64,000 bases of DNA from Bacteroidales bacterium (GCA_030611105.1 JAUWQL010000004.1:867-64866); one strand, 5' to 3'; positions 29,451 to 40,266 are shown, numbered from the stretch's first letter. The notes: generated from the sequence alone by a model not told the origin. A program made the numbers and translations.

Positions 29451-31757
29451 GTGAATATCAAAAGCATTAAATCATTTGGAGTTGTTGGTAATGTGGTATT
29501 ATCATCAATTTTACTGGTAATTTTTTACGGTACAATTTTAAAAAATGCAAACAACACCTATTTTTCTGCATCAGGTGATGGACTAAAAAGTACATTTGGA
29601 TCGGCTTATCATTTGAATTACGATACTACCTATTTGCGAACTGCTTATATGAATTATCCCTTTGGAGAATCAGTTTTTTACACCGGAGGACAACCCGTAA
29701 TCGTTAATTCTTTTAAATTGCTGAAAAGCATAGGAATAGATTTATCGTCAAATTTAGTGGGAATTATTAATATTTGGATGCTGTTTTCCATTGCCCTTGG
29801 TGCATTGTTCATCTATTTAATCTTAAGAGAATTAAATCTGCCGATAATTTATAGCATTGTGGTTAGTAATATTATAATTTTTATGTCTCCACAACTTGAC
29901 AGGTTTGGCGGACATTATAATCTTGCATATTTGTATTTTATTCCTTTAATGATTTATCTGTTTTTTCTTTTTTACAGAAAACGAAAACTCTATTTATCTA
30001 TACTACTGGGATTAGTCGCATTGTTGTCATTAGGTACACACGCATATTTCTTTGGATTTTATGCCATTTTACTAATTTGTTTTTGGGTAGGAGCTTTTCT
30101 TTATGATAAAAAGTCTTTTGGAAATATTAAGTTTATTTTATTAAATATTTTTATCCAGTTTATTTTACCGTTTATCATTTTTCAGGCATTAATGCTTTTA
30201 TCCGGTGAAATGCATGATAGAACTTCATATCCCTGGGGATTCTTTTCTTTTATCGCATATCCACAAGGCATTTTTTATCCGTTAACAAGGGCTTATGGTA
30301 AGTTTATTTATGTAAAGCAGGTTCCCTGGGAAGGTATTTCCTATATAGGTTTGGTTTCGCTAATTGGATTCCTTTTTATAATCTACAATTCGGTAAAAAA
30401 ACAAAGAAAAGATAAAGCTTGGAATTTTCTAAAGATTACTGACAGTCCGTACCTTAATATTTTATTTTGGTCATCTTTTGTGGCATTATTATATAGTTTC
30501 GGGATGCCATTTACTTTGGGTTTACAAAAGCTATTTAACCATATGGGAATGCTTAAACAATTAAGGGCTCCTGGCAGATTCGCCTGGCTTTTCTTTTACA
30601 CCATAAATATTACGACATTCTATTTACTATGGAACTATTATAAGCAAGGTAAAAAGATATTAGCACTGTCAATTTTGGGTTTTGCTTTAATTTGGGGAAG
30701 TTATGATTCATATCTGAATGTTAAATCTCAACCAAAATTTATTAATAACACAATTGAAAGTTTGAATGATAAAGAAAACGAAACTGAAATAAATCAGTGG
30801 TATAACGAAATTGATTTTGAAAAATATCAGGCAATTATTCCACTTCCTTATTATCATGTAGGATGTGAGAATTACAGTCTTTACAAAGGTTCTGCCAGTA
30901 TTGGGCAGTCTTTTATTACTTCCATGAAAACAGGATTGCCTTTAACTTCTGTAATGTTAAGTCGTACCTCGATGGAACAGTCTGTTAAAAATATACAGTT
31001 GTTTTTAGAACCATATAACTCTTTTGATATTATTGATTTGTGGCCAAGCGAAAAACCTTTTCTGGTATTGTTTACAAAGAAAGATTTTTTAGATGAAAAT
31101 GAAAGAAGAATTAAAAATAAAGCAAAACTTTTAACTTATAACAGTGAGATGGAAATCAGAGAAATTACAATTGATGATTTTAAAGAAATTTTAAAAGAAA
31201 CAAAGGAGAAAGTTAAAACAGAAATAGAGTTTGAAGAACTTTTTGATGTAGATGGATTTTTAAGTACAGATTCTATTTATAACTTTTATTACGAAAGTTT
31301 TGGAGACAAGTACTCTGGTGAATCTCCATTAGGTGAAAATTGCTATTGCGGTATTATTACTAAACAAAATTTGGTTCTGGAAACCAAAATTGCAAATATT
31401 GATACTACAAAAAATTATATTATTTCGCTGTGGGTGGAGAATATGGATAGGGATTTATATCCCAGAACAAAATTAACAGTATCTATTTTTAATGAATCGG
31501 GAAAAAAATACTATAATAATAAAATTGACATCTGGCGAAAAACTAAAATCATTGATTCAAATGGTTGGGGATTGGTAGAATTTGAGATTGAATTCAAAGA
31601 ACCAACAGGTAAATTAAGTATTTCAATGAAGAATAAGTTGATGACCAAGGGTGAACTTAAAGTTGATGAAATATTAATTAGGCCTTCAGGAATAGACCTG
31701 TATTATAAGGATGCAGACTTTATTTATAAGAATAATAGATTTTATATAATGCATTAA
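29451..31757 (+). CDS. Polytopic membrane protein, probable GT-C/YfhO-like glycosyltransferase
   Basis: GTG start; many TMs, NYPFGE, YIG, QLRAPGRF; lies next to a GT2 gene. Confidence 0.6.
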   Translation: MNIKSIKSFGVVGNVVLSSILLVIFYGTILKNANNTYFSASGDGLKSTFGSAYHLNYDTTYLRTAYMNYPFGESVFYTGGQPVIVNSFKLLKSIGIDLSSNLVGIINIWMLFSIALGALFIYLILRELNLPIIYSIVVSNIIIFMSPQLDRFGGHYNLAYLYFIPLMIYLFFLFYRKRKLYLSILLGLVALLSLGTHAYFFGFYAILLICFWVGAFLYDKKSFGNIKFILLNIFIQFILPFIIFQALMLLSGEMHDRTSYPWGFFSFIAYPQGIFYPLTRAYGKFIYVKQVPWEGISYIGLVSLIGFLFIIYNSVKKQRKDKAWNFLKITDSPYLNILFWSSFVALLYSFGMPFTLGLQKLFNHMGMLKQLRAPGRFAWLFFYTINITTFYLLWNYYKQGKKILALSILGFALIWGSYDSYLNVKSQPKFINNTIESLNDKENETEINQWYNEIDFEKYQAIIPLPYYHVGCENYSLYKGSASIGQSFITSMKTGLPLTSVMLSRTSMEQSVKNIQLFLEPYNSFDIIDLWPSEKPFLVLFTKKDFLDENERRIKNKAKLLTYNSEMEIREITIDDFKEILKETKEKVKTEIEFEELFDVDGFLSTDSIYNFYYESFGDKYSGESPLGENCYCGIITKQNLVLETKIANIDTTKNYIISLWVENMDRDLYPRTKLTVSIFNESGKKYYNNKIDIWRKTKIIDSNGWGLVEFEIEFKEPTGKLSISMKNKLMTKGELKVDEILIRPSGIDLYYKDADFIYKNNRFYIMH

Positions 31758-31854
31758 AATAATTAAGAAGTAGAAAAATAAAAAAAAATGAGAAAATTAT
31801 TTATAATTTAAGTTTAAAAAAGTTATTTTTAGTAAAATTAAACACAAATATATT

Positions 31855-32997
31855 ATGAGAAAAAAGACAATCGTATTATTACTATTTTTTTTAGGCATTA
31901 ATTTTTTGAATGAACTCTATGCCCAAATTCCTGAAAATGACAAAAATTGGGAATTGATTATAAACGAAGAGTTTGATAACATTAATGTATTTAATAGTAG
32001 ATGGCAAAAAAGTTATTGGGGGTGGAATACTAATTTTGCCAACTGTACTCCTGAACTACAAGTATATAAGCCAGAAAACGTTGGGATATCAACAGTGAAT
32101 GGCGGAAAGTTAACTTTAACAGCAAAGAAAGAGACTGCCTGGGATTTAGTCTTTGAATGGGAAGATACTACTGAAGTTTTATGTGATGGGATACAAAATT
32201 ACAGAAAATTTGATTACACATCTGGAGTAATTGCATCAAAATCAAAATACTCTTATGGTTATTACGAGATTAAATGTAAACTACCTAAAGGAAAAGGTTT
32301 TTGGCCAGCATTTTGGTTATGGGCTGGTCCAGATTGTAATTACGGGCATGAAATTGATATTTTAGAAGTACATGGAGGATTGAGTGAACATTTGGTTAGT
32401 TATGGAGCAAATAATTGGTGGTCTGAAGGAGTTGATTGTGAAGATAATAGTGACCAGAAGTTAATTGAAAATATACCAAGAATGGATTTAAATTATTATA
32501 CATATTCATGTGAATGGATTCCAAACCAATTATCTTGGTATTATAACTCAAATTCTAATCCTGTCAAAATATTTAAGGGGCAATATGTTCCTAGAAAACC
32601 TAGACATATAATAGCGAATTTAGCAATAGATCAGTATCATCCGCCAGATTATTCAGGTGTAATAATTCTTAAAAAAGAGCAATTTTTGCAAAAAGATGAA
32701 AAGATTTTAATCGAAAAACCAGGTACTAGTATTACAATTTTTCCATCATCGGTGTATATTGATTATATTAGATATTATAGGCTAAAAATGGATTGTAATA
32801 CTTCTATAAATCAAAGTGGATTTAATTTCACTTCGCATAATTATGCGGTTAAAAAATCATATACTTTATATAATTCAACAGTACCGACAAATAGCAAAAA
32901 TACATTAAGAGCAACAGATTTTATTTTACTCGAAAGTAATTTTACTGTGCCGTTAGGGAGTGAATTAGCAATTATACCAACACCTTGTATTAATTAA
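31855..32997 (+). CDS. Secreted GH16 glycoside hydrolase
   Basis: Signal peptide; YTSG, YGYYE, GFWPAFWLW, catalytic EIDILE, IDYIRYY. Confidence 0.88.
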   Translation: MRKKTIVLLLFFLGINFLNELYAQIPENDKNWELIINEEFDNINVFNSRWQKSYWGWNTNFANCTPELQVYKPENVGISTVNGGKLTLTAKKETAWDLVFEWEDTTEVLCDGIQNYRKFDYTSGVIASKSKYSYGYYEIKCKLPKGKGFWPAFWLWAGPDCNYGHEIDILEVHGGLSEHLVSYGANNWWSEGVDCEDNSDQKLIENIPRMDLNYYTYSCEWIPNQLSWYYNSNSNPVKIFKGQYVPRKPRHIIANLAIDQYHPPDYSGVIILKKEQFLQKDEKILIEKPGTSITIFPSSVYIDYIRYYRLKMDCNTSINQSGFNFTSHNYAVKKSYTLYNSTVPTNSKNTLRATDFILLESNFTVPLGSELAIIPTPCIN

Positions 32998-33017
32998 TAA
33001 TAGTTAAAATTTATATT

Positions 33018-34082
33018 ATGAACAAAAATAAAATTAAAGTATTTACATTAATAATGATTAGTTTCATTTTAAGTAGTTTAAATGGATATTCTCAACTTAA
33101 AGTTATAAGTAATGGAAAGGTGGTATAGGAACATACAATCCAACAGCCAAGTTAGAAGTATTGGGTGATGGGACATCGGAAATTAGGTTGTGGGCTAAAA
33201 ATTCAAATACAGCCAGAATATGGGCAATAAATTATATTTATGCTTACGGTTTTGGCGTAGATGGTAACGGTATGGGACATATTTATTCTAATTTAAATAA
33301 CCCATTATCATTAGTTAGTTTCTATCAAAATAAAGTTGGAATAAGGAGAACCCCATATTATACTTTAGATGTTAATGGTACTATCCGTGGAGTTGTGGTA
33401 ACTCCGTCAGATGAACGTTTGAAAAGTAATATTAAACCATTGCAAAATAACCTTAAACTTATAAGAGGTATAAATGGTGTTTCATATAATTATAAAAATG
33501 ATGAAGAATCTGATATGAAATCTCAAAAAGAACGTTTTGGTTTTATTGCCCAAGATCTTGAGAAAAGCATGCCAAATCTAGTGTATAAGGATGATGAAGG
33601 TTTATTGTCTATAGATTATATTTCTATGATACCTGTATTAGTAGAAGCTGTCAAGGAACTTGATATTGCTCAAAAAGAAAATGAAATACTAAAAACTAAA
33701 TTGGATGTAATTACAGAGGAGCTGGAATATATAAAAGAAAATTATGAAGAATTAAAAGATAAGGTCATAACACTTGAGACATCAACAAATAAAAAGTTTA
33801 ATATTGATGATATTAATTCTGACAATCCAAAATTACTTCAGAATAAGCCAAATCCTTTTGATAAAGAAACCAAAATAAGTTTTTATTTACCCGTTGAAAA
33901 GAATAATGCATTTATATATATATGACATGCAGGGAACTCAAATAAAATCTTTTAACTTATCAGTTACTGGATACTCGGATATAACTTTAAGAAATACAGG
34001 GTTGCAACCAGGAATTTATATGTATTCATTAATTGTTGATGGACAAGAGATTGATACTAAACGCATGATTCTTACAGAATAG
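33018..34082 (+). pseudogene. Tail-fibre/peptidase S74 chaperone-domain protein with T9SS CTD, two frameshifts
   Basis: Signal peptide from ATG 33018; NGKV|GIGTYNP frameshift near 33121; SDERLKSNI, FGFIAQD, IDYISMIPVLVEAVKE; QNKPNPF...IYI|YDMQG...GIYMYSLIVDG...TKRMIL frameshift in a (TA)n tract at 33913-33923. Confidence 0.85.
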
Positions 34083-34103
34083 CTAATTATATTCTTGAGA
34101 TAG

Positions 34104-34136
34104 AAAACTCCCTTTCTTTTTAATAAAGGGAGTTTT
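34104..34136 (+). terminator. Intrinsic terminator
   Basis: aaaactcccttt...aaagggagtttt. Confidence 0.7.
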
Positions 34137-34162
34137 GCTTTAAAATATTATAATGAATTTAT

Positions 34163-35650
34163 ATGTTAACAAGAAATAATTACCATACAATAATAAAAAT
34201 ACTTTTATTTATTGGAATTGTTTATTTCCCTATTTTCCTTCATTTAGAGTATTTACCTATAAGAATTTGGGATGAATCCAGATTAGCATTAAATGCATAT
34301 GAAATGCATGAAAATGGCAATTTTCTGGTTACTTACTTTAAAGGTAATCCTGATATGTGGAATACTAAGCCACCTTTAATGATTTGGTCTCAGGTGTTTT
34401 TTATAAAATTGTTTGGAGTAGGGGAATTGGCAATTAGATTGCCTGCAGCACTTGCAGCATTCTTAACTTGCGTTGTTCTAATTATCTTTTCTTTAAAATA
34501 TTTAAAGTCGTATTGGTTTGGATTGTTCGCGGTTATTATATTAATAACATCAAAAGGATTTATTTCTGTGCACGGTGCCAAGACAGGAGATTATGATTCG
34601 TTATTAGTGTTTTTTCTGACACTTTCATCTTTGGCATTTTTCATGTATTTGCAGAACATTGAGAATAACAAAAAATACATATACTTTTTCTTCATAGGGC
34701 TGATTTTAGCTGTTTTAACTAAGGGAATCGTAGGTTTAATGTTAACTCCGACATTATTTTTATTTACTTTAATAAAGAAAAAACTGGTATTTATTTTAAA
34801 GGATAAACATTTTTATATTAATCTGGGAATTTTTATAATTATTGTTTTTGGATATTACTTTTTACGAGAACTTAAAAACCCGGGATATATCAAGGCCGTT
34901 TTTGATAATGAGCTTGGGGGCAGATATATGGATACATTAGGTGGGCATAAGCACGGATTCTGGTATTTTTATAAAAATATAATTAATGAGAGATTTAAGA
35001 TTTGGTATTGGATCGTTCCAATTGGAGTAATAATCGGGTTTATTCATAGGAATAAAAAGATTAAAAGCATAACACTTTTTACGTTATTAATAATAGTACA
35101 ATATTTCCTGACAATCTCTTTCAGCCATACAAAACTAAGCTGGTACGATTTACCATTATATCCATTTTTGTCGGTATTAGTTTCGATTCCAATATTCTGG
35201 ATTTTTACGAAATTACGTTACAATAAATTTTTGAATTCTAATTTATTTTATAAAACAATCCCTTTTTTAATTGTAATTGCAATATTTATTAGTTCGTATC
35301 AATCTATAATAAATAAAGTATTTAAACCAAAGGAAAACCCATGGGATCAGGAATTTTATAACATAAGCTATTTTATGAAGGATGCAGTAAAATCAAATAA
35401 AAATTTTAATAACCATTTACTAGTTTATCATGGGTACAATGCGCATTTGTATTTTTATACCAAGTTATTAAATGATAAAAAACAGAATATAAAAATAATT
35501 TCAAAAGAAGAGATAAAGGGAAGTGAGACAATTATTGCTGACCAAAAAGAAACTAAAGAATATATTGAAGATAATTTCTTGTATGAAATTATAGAAAAAT
35601 ATAAAAACGTTAATGTTTACAAATTAGAAAAACCCCGGTTAAATGAATGA
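34163..35650 (+). CDS. ArnT/PMT-family (GT-C) glycosyltransferase
   Basis: WDESR, NTKPPL, ELAIRLP, LTKG; many TMs. Confidence 0.87.
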   Translation: MLTRNNYHTIIKILLFIGIVYFPIFLHLEYLPIRIWDESRLALNAYEMHENGNFLVTYFKGNPDMWNTKPPLMIWSQVFFIKLFGVGELAIRLPAALAAFLTCVVLIIFSLKYLKSYWFGLFAVIILITSKGFISVHGAKTGDYDSLLVFFLTLSSLAFFMYLQNIENNKKYIYFFFIGLILAVLTKGIVGLMLTPTLFLFTLIKKKLVFILKDKHFYINLGIFIIIVFGYYFLRELKNPGYIKAVFDNELGGRYMDTLGGHKHGFWYFYKNIINERFKIWYWIVPIGVIIGFIHRNKKIKSITLFTLLIIVQYFLTISFSHTKLSWYDLPLYPFLSVLVSIPIFWIFTKLRYNKFLNSNLFYKTIPFLIVIAIFISSYQSIINKVFKPKENPWDQEFYNISYFMKDAVKSNKNFNNHLLVYHGYNAHLYFYTKLLNDKKQNIKIISKEEIKGSETIIADQKETKEYIEDNFLYEIIEKYKNVNVYKLEKPRLNE

Positions 35651-36578
35651 TATTTCAGTAATCATACCAATTTATAATGAAGAAAGTAACCTAGATGAAT
35701 TATACAATCGCCTTGAGAAATCTGTATTAAAGGTGTCATCAAATTATGAAATTTTATTTATAAACGATGGAAGTATTGATAATTCGTTAGAGAAAATTAA
35801 AGAATTTGCAGGTAAAAATAAAAATGTCCGATACCTAAGTTTTAGCAGGAACTTTGGCCATCAAATTGCAATTTCTGCAGGAATTGATAAATGTTCAGGT
35901 GATACTGTTATTATTATTGACGGTGATTTACAAGATCCCCCTGAACTAATTCCGGATTTATATAAAAAACACAAAGAAGGTTATAATGTAGTTTATGCCA
36001 AAAGGAAAACCCGAAAAGGAGAGAATCTTTTCAAGAAAATAACAGCAAAATTCTTTTATAGAATATTGTCAAAGATTACATCAGTTAATATACCCCTGGA
36101 CACCGGAGATTTTAGATTAATTGATGATAAGATACTAAAAAGCCTAAAATTAATGCCTGAAAAACACAAGTTCATTCGTGGTCAAATATCATGGCTCGGA
36201 TTTAAACAAACTTTTATTGAATATGATAGGGATTCAAGAAAGCATGGCGAAACAAAGTTCACGTATAGAAAAATGATGAATTTTGCAATTGATGGGATTA
36301 CTTCATTTTCTGCATTCCCATTGAAAATCGTTACTTTCCTTGGTTTTATAGTTTCTCTTTTTTCTTTAATTGTTATTCTATATGCTATATATTCTAGGTT
36401 CATATTAGATAGAGTTATTACGGGCTGGACTTCTCTTATTATAAGTACAATGTTTATTGGAGGTGTTCAGCTTTTATCCATAGGAATAATAGGAGAATAT
36501 ATCAGCAGAATTAATAACGAAGTAAAGAACAGGCCATTATATATTGTTGAAGAGGATAATATAGACATGAAACTCTAA
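35643..36578 (+). CDS. GT2 polyprenol-phosphate glycosyltransferase (GtrB-like)
   Basis: IPIYNEE, INDGS, SRNFGHQ, DGDLQDPP, DTGDFRL, GEYISR..RPLY. Confidence 0.92.
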   Translation: MNDISVIIPIYNEESNLDELYNRLEKSVLKVSSNYEILFINDGSIDNSLEKIKEFAGKNKNVRYLSFSRNFGHQIAISAGIDKCSGDTVIIIDGDLQDPPELIPDLYKKHKEGYNVVYAKRKTRKGENLFKKITAKFFYRILSKITSVNIPLDTGDFRLIDDKILKSLKLMPEKHKFIRGQISWLGFKQTFIEYDRDSRKHGETKFTYRKMMNFAIDGITSFSAFPLKIVTFLGFIVSLFSLIVILYAIYSRFILDRVITGWTSLIISTMFIGGVQLLSIGIIGEYISRINNEVKNRPLYIVEEDNIDMKL

Positions 36579-36620
36579 ACTTTGAACTTTATACCATATA
36601 TTTTTTAGGTCGAACTCAGG

Positions 36621-38066
36621 TTATTCAGTAATATCTTTCAAGGTAAATCCCATCTTTAAAAGATTTTGCGGCGCAAGAATTTTATCCAGCTTTTCAGGTT
36701 CAACTAGCTTTAATTTACTGTTAACACTGAAAACATCTTGTTTAGTTTTTTTCATTTCTTTAGCTAATTTGACTGCATTGTTATATCCAATATACGGACT
36801 AAGTGCAGTTGTAATGGCGGGGCTTTTATACAATAGGTCTTCGGCTGTGTTATTATCAATTTCCAGTCCTTTAAACAAGTTTTCTTTAAGTGTTTTGTTT
36901 GCTGCAATCAATAGTTTTATACTTTCTAATAAAGCATTCCCAATAACAGGTAAGTAAGGATTTAGATCAAGGCAACCTTGAGCGCTAAGCGATGTAATTA
37001 GAGAATCGTTCGAATAGATTTTATGTGCAGCACTTATAACAAATTCAGGAATAACCGGGTTTGCTTTACCCGGCATGATTGAACTTCCAACTTGTTTTTG
37101 AGGAATAGTAATTTCTTTTGTTCCGGTAATATCTGATGAAAGTAAGCGAATATCTGAAACCATCTTTTCAAGATTTACGGCATGAGATTTTAATATGGCA
37201 TGTACCTCAACCAATGAGTCAATGTTATTGGTTGCATCAGGCATATTTTCACTTCGGGTAATTGGCAAGTTAGTTAGTTTTTGCAATGTTGGTACTACTT
37301 CCATTATAAAAAACCTTGGAACAGAAATTCCGGTACCAATTGCGCTACCGCCAAGATTAACTACTTTAATACGTTCGAAACATTTGGATACTCTCCACCA
37401 GTCGCGCGATAAAGCTTCGTTGTACGAGCTAAAAAGCATAGCATAAGAAGATGGAACAGCTTCCTGCATTTGAGTGTAAGCAATTCGTAATTTGTTACGA
37501 CTTTTATTTTCAATTGCTTCTATATCAAATCGTAAATCGTTTATTTTTTCTTCAAGCTCAACCAACAGTTTAATGCTTGCTACTTTTAGTGATGTTGGAA
37601 TTACATCATTAGTCGATTGATAAATATTGGCATGTTCAATCGGATCAATAAAATTATATTCACCGGCATTATGACCAAGTTTCAAAAGTGATTCATTTGC
37701 AATTATTTCATTAACATTCATGTTAATGCTTGTGCCTGCACCGCCCTGAATAGCTGGTACAATAAAATGATTAAAATACTTACCTTCTGCAACTTCTTCG
37801 GCCGATTCAATTAAAGCAGTAATTATTGATTTGTCAAAAAGATTAATTGGGAGATCATTATCAGGATGTTTTTCCAGAACAGCTTTTTTAAAACTATCGT
37901 AAGTAAGGTAACAAGCCAGTTTTGTTAATCCGATTGCTTTATACCATTCAATATGAAAAGGAGTATTGTCAGGGAAATTTTCTCTTGCTCTTAATGAATG
38001 TATTCCATACAAAGCATCTTTATTGATTTGCTTTTCGCCTAAAAAATCTTTCTCAATCCTATCCAT
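36621..38066 (-). CDS. aspA: Aspartate ammonia-lyase family protein
   Basis: YGIHSLRARENF, QGGAGTSINMNVNE, QSTND, GSSIMPGKANP. Confidence 0.85.
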   Translation of the reverse strand: MDRIEKDFLGEKQINKDALYGIHSLRARENFPDNTPFHIEWYKAIGLTKLACYLTYDSFKKAVLEKHPDNDLPINLFDKSIITALIESAEEVAEGKYFNHFIVPAIQGGAGTSINMNVNEIIANESLLKLGHNAGEYNFIDPIEHANIYQSTNDVIPTSLKVASIKLLVELEEKINDLRFDIEAIENKSRNKLRIAYTQMQEAVPSSYAMLFSSYNEALSRDWWRVSKCFERIKVVNLGGSAIGTGISVPRFFIMEVVPTLQKLTNLPITRSENMPDATNNIDSLVEVHAILKSHAVNLEKMVSDIRLLSSDITGTKEITIPQKQVGSSIMPGKANPVIPEFVISAAHKIYSNDSLITSLSAQGCLDLNPYLPVIGNALLESIKLLIAANKTLKENLFKGLEIDNNTAEDLLYKSPAITTALSPYIGYNNAVKLAKEMKKTKQDVFSVNSKLKLVEPEKLDKILAPQNLLKMGFTLKDITE

Positions 38067-38137
38067 TATATTTAACTTTTAGCTTTTAGTCATTAGTTCT
38101 TAGTTTAACTTTAAACCTGAAACAAGGAACTTTAAAC

Positions 38138-39304
38138 TTATTTAGAGATAGGTTGTGCATATGCAATTACATCTTTACCTGTAATTTCTTTTTCACATAA
38201 AATGATTAATCTTTCCAGTACGTTTCTAAACTCACGAATATTTCCTGTCCAGTTTATTTTTTTTAATTCTTCAATAGCATCATCGTTAATTTCCTTTTTA
38301 GGTACACCATAGTCAGCACATATTAATTCATTAAAATGATTTGCTAATAATGGTATATCATCTTTTCTTTCATTTAATCCGGGAACTGAAATAAGTATAA
38401 CACTTAACCTGTGATAAAGGTCTTCGCGGAAATTGTGATTTTTAATTTCTTCTTTAAGATTTTTGTTTGTTGCTGCGATTATACGTACATCAACATGAAT
38501 ATCTTTATCGCTGCCAACTCTTGTGACTTTCTTTTCTTCAAGTGCTTTTAAAACTTTTGCTTGTGCGTTAAGACTCATGTCCCCAATCTCATCAAGAAAT
38601 ATGGTGCCTGTATGTGCTTGTTCAAATTTACCTTTTCGTTGTTTATGTGCTGAAGTAAAAGCTCCTTTTTCATGACCAAAAAGCTCACTTTCAATTAATT
38701 CTGAAGGTATTGCAGCACAATTTACTTCAACGAAAGGAAATTCAGCACGGTCACTCTTTTCGTGCAACCAGCGTGCTACTAATTCTTTACCTGATCCGTT
38801 TGGTCCTGTAATTAAAACCCGCGCATTGGTTGGAGCAACTTTCTCGATCATATCTTTTACCTTTTTAACAGGTGCCGACTCACCAACTATATCGTAAGTT
38901 TTTGTTACTTTACGTTTTAATGTTTTGGTTTCTTTAATTAATGAAGATCTGTCCATTGCATTACGTATGGTAACTAACAAGCGATTTAAATCAAGTGGTT
39001 TTTCGATAAAATCGTATGCTCCCTTTTTTATGGATTCGACTGCTGTATCAATATTACCATGACCGGAAATCATTATAACCGGAACATCGGTAGCAACTCC
39101 AAAAATATCTTCCAAAACTTCAATACCATCTTTTTTGGGCATTTTAATATCCAGAAGAACAATATCATATTTATTATTTTTAAATTGTTCCAATCCTTCT
39201 TCTCCATCTGCTGCAATATCAACCTGATGTTCTTCATATTCCAGTATTTCCTTTAGAGTATCTCTTATACTTTTTTCGTCGTCGATAACTAAAATTTTAG
39301 CCAT
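38138..39304 (-). CDS. Sigma54-type response regulator (NtrX-like, REC+AAA)
   Basis: REC with DIKMP; GPNGSGKE, ESELFGHEKGAFTSA, FLDEIG, FREDLYHRL, WTGNIRE. Confidence 0.9.
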   Translation of the reverse strand: MAKILVIDDEKSIRDTLKEILEYEEHQVDIAADGEEGLEQFKNNKYDIVLLDIKMPKKDGIEVLEDIFGVATDVPVIMISGHGNIDTAVESIKKGAYDFIEKPLDLNRLLVTIRNAMDRSSLIKETKTLKRKVTKTYDIVGESAPVKKVKDMIEKVAPTNARVLITGPNGSGKELVARWLHEKSDRAEFPFVEVNCAAIPSELIESELFGHEKGAFTSAHKQRKGKFEQAHTGTIFLDEIGDMSLNAQAKVLKALEEKKVTRVGSDKDIHVDVRIIAATNKNLKEEIKNHNFREDLYHRLSVILISVPGLNERKDDIPLLANHFNELICADYGVPKKEINDDAIEELKKINWTGNIREFRNVLERLIILCEKEITGKDVIAYAQPISK

Positions 39305-39315
39305 AGAATTAAATT

Positions 39316-40245
39316 TTAACTGTTTAATATTTTATCGACCATGCCTTCTTTAATTGCAAAAGCCGATTGTGTTAATGAATTAAGTTTAAATTTTCTGATG
39401 ATAAAATTAACAAAAATACTTGCCAGAACAATCATTTCAACCCGAACCAATTCCAGTCCTTCCATTTTTTTGCGTTCTTCAAGTGTCGATTTTAAAAGAT
39501 CTTCGTGTAATATAGCATAATCCTCCAAATTAATAGGATAGGACTTGCTCTTTTTTACTTCTTCCGGAATTCCACCGTTTTTAGCTATTATCATTGCCCG
39601 AAATGAATCGAAAGTGCCCGAGCAACCAATTAATTTTTTAGCTTGGTATTTTTCAAAAGCTTCGTATAAGGGTTCAAGTTCAGAGTCAATGTATTGCTCA
39701 ACTTTCTTTGTCTGATCTAAAGTAATCGGGTCTGATGGTTTAAACATGTCAAGCAGTCTGGCCATTCCTAATTTAAAACTTTTTTTCCAAATCAGGCCTG
39801 TATTATTAGCTATAATAAACTCGTTGCTTCCACCGCCGATATCAAGAATTAATACATTCTCATTATTGAATTTTACTACTTGTTTTACACCACGATAAAT
39901 TAATTCTGCTTCTTCATCACCTGAAATAATCCGGACTTTTAATCCAAATTTATTTTCAATGGAATCGACAAATTCTTTTCCGTTCTCTGTACTTCTAACT
40001 CCGGATGTAGCGGTAGTAATAATATTTTCAGCATTAAATCGTGTTATACTTTTCATATGTTGTGAAATCGCGTTTATTCCACGTTCAAATGCTTCGGGAG
40101 TAATTAATTTATTGTTAATCCCATCTTTGCCAAGCTTTACACCGGCTTTATCCTTAAAAATGATTTTATATTGATTATTATCAGAAGTTTCGACAATAAG
40201 TAAATTGAAAGTATTAGTACCCATGTCGATAATTGCGATTCTCAT
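39316..40245 (-). CDS. ppx: Ppx/GppA exopolyphosphatase
   Basis: IDMGTNT, ATSGVR, ISGDEEA, DIGGGSNE. Confidence 0.88.
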   Translation of the reverse strand: MRIAIIDMGTNTFNLLIVETSDNNQYKIIFKDKAGVKLGKDGINNKLITPEAFERGINAISQHMKSITRFNAENIITTATSGVRSTENGKEFVDSIENKFGLKVRIISGDEEAELIYRGVKQVVKFNNENVLILDIGGGSNEFIIANNTGLIWKKSFKLGMARLLDMFKPSDPITLDQTKKVEQYIDSELEPLYEAFEKYQAKKLIGCSGTFDSFRAMIIAKNGGIPEEVKKSKSYPINLEDYAILHEDLLKSTLEERKKMEGLELVRVEMIVLASIFVNFIIRKFKLNSLTQSAFAIKEGMVDKILNS

Positions 40246-40266
40246 AATAACAAAATTTAAAATAAA

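Noticed and set aside
33018-34082. Prophage, suggested by the tail-fibre chaperone domain
   Set aside because: The signal peptide and T9SS CTD indicate a cellular secreted protein, and no other phage genes are nearby
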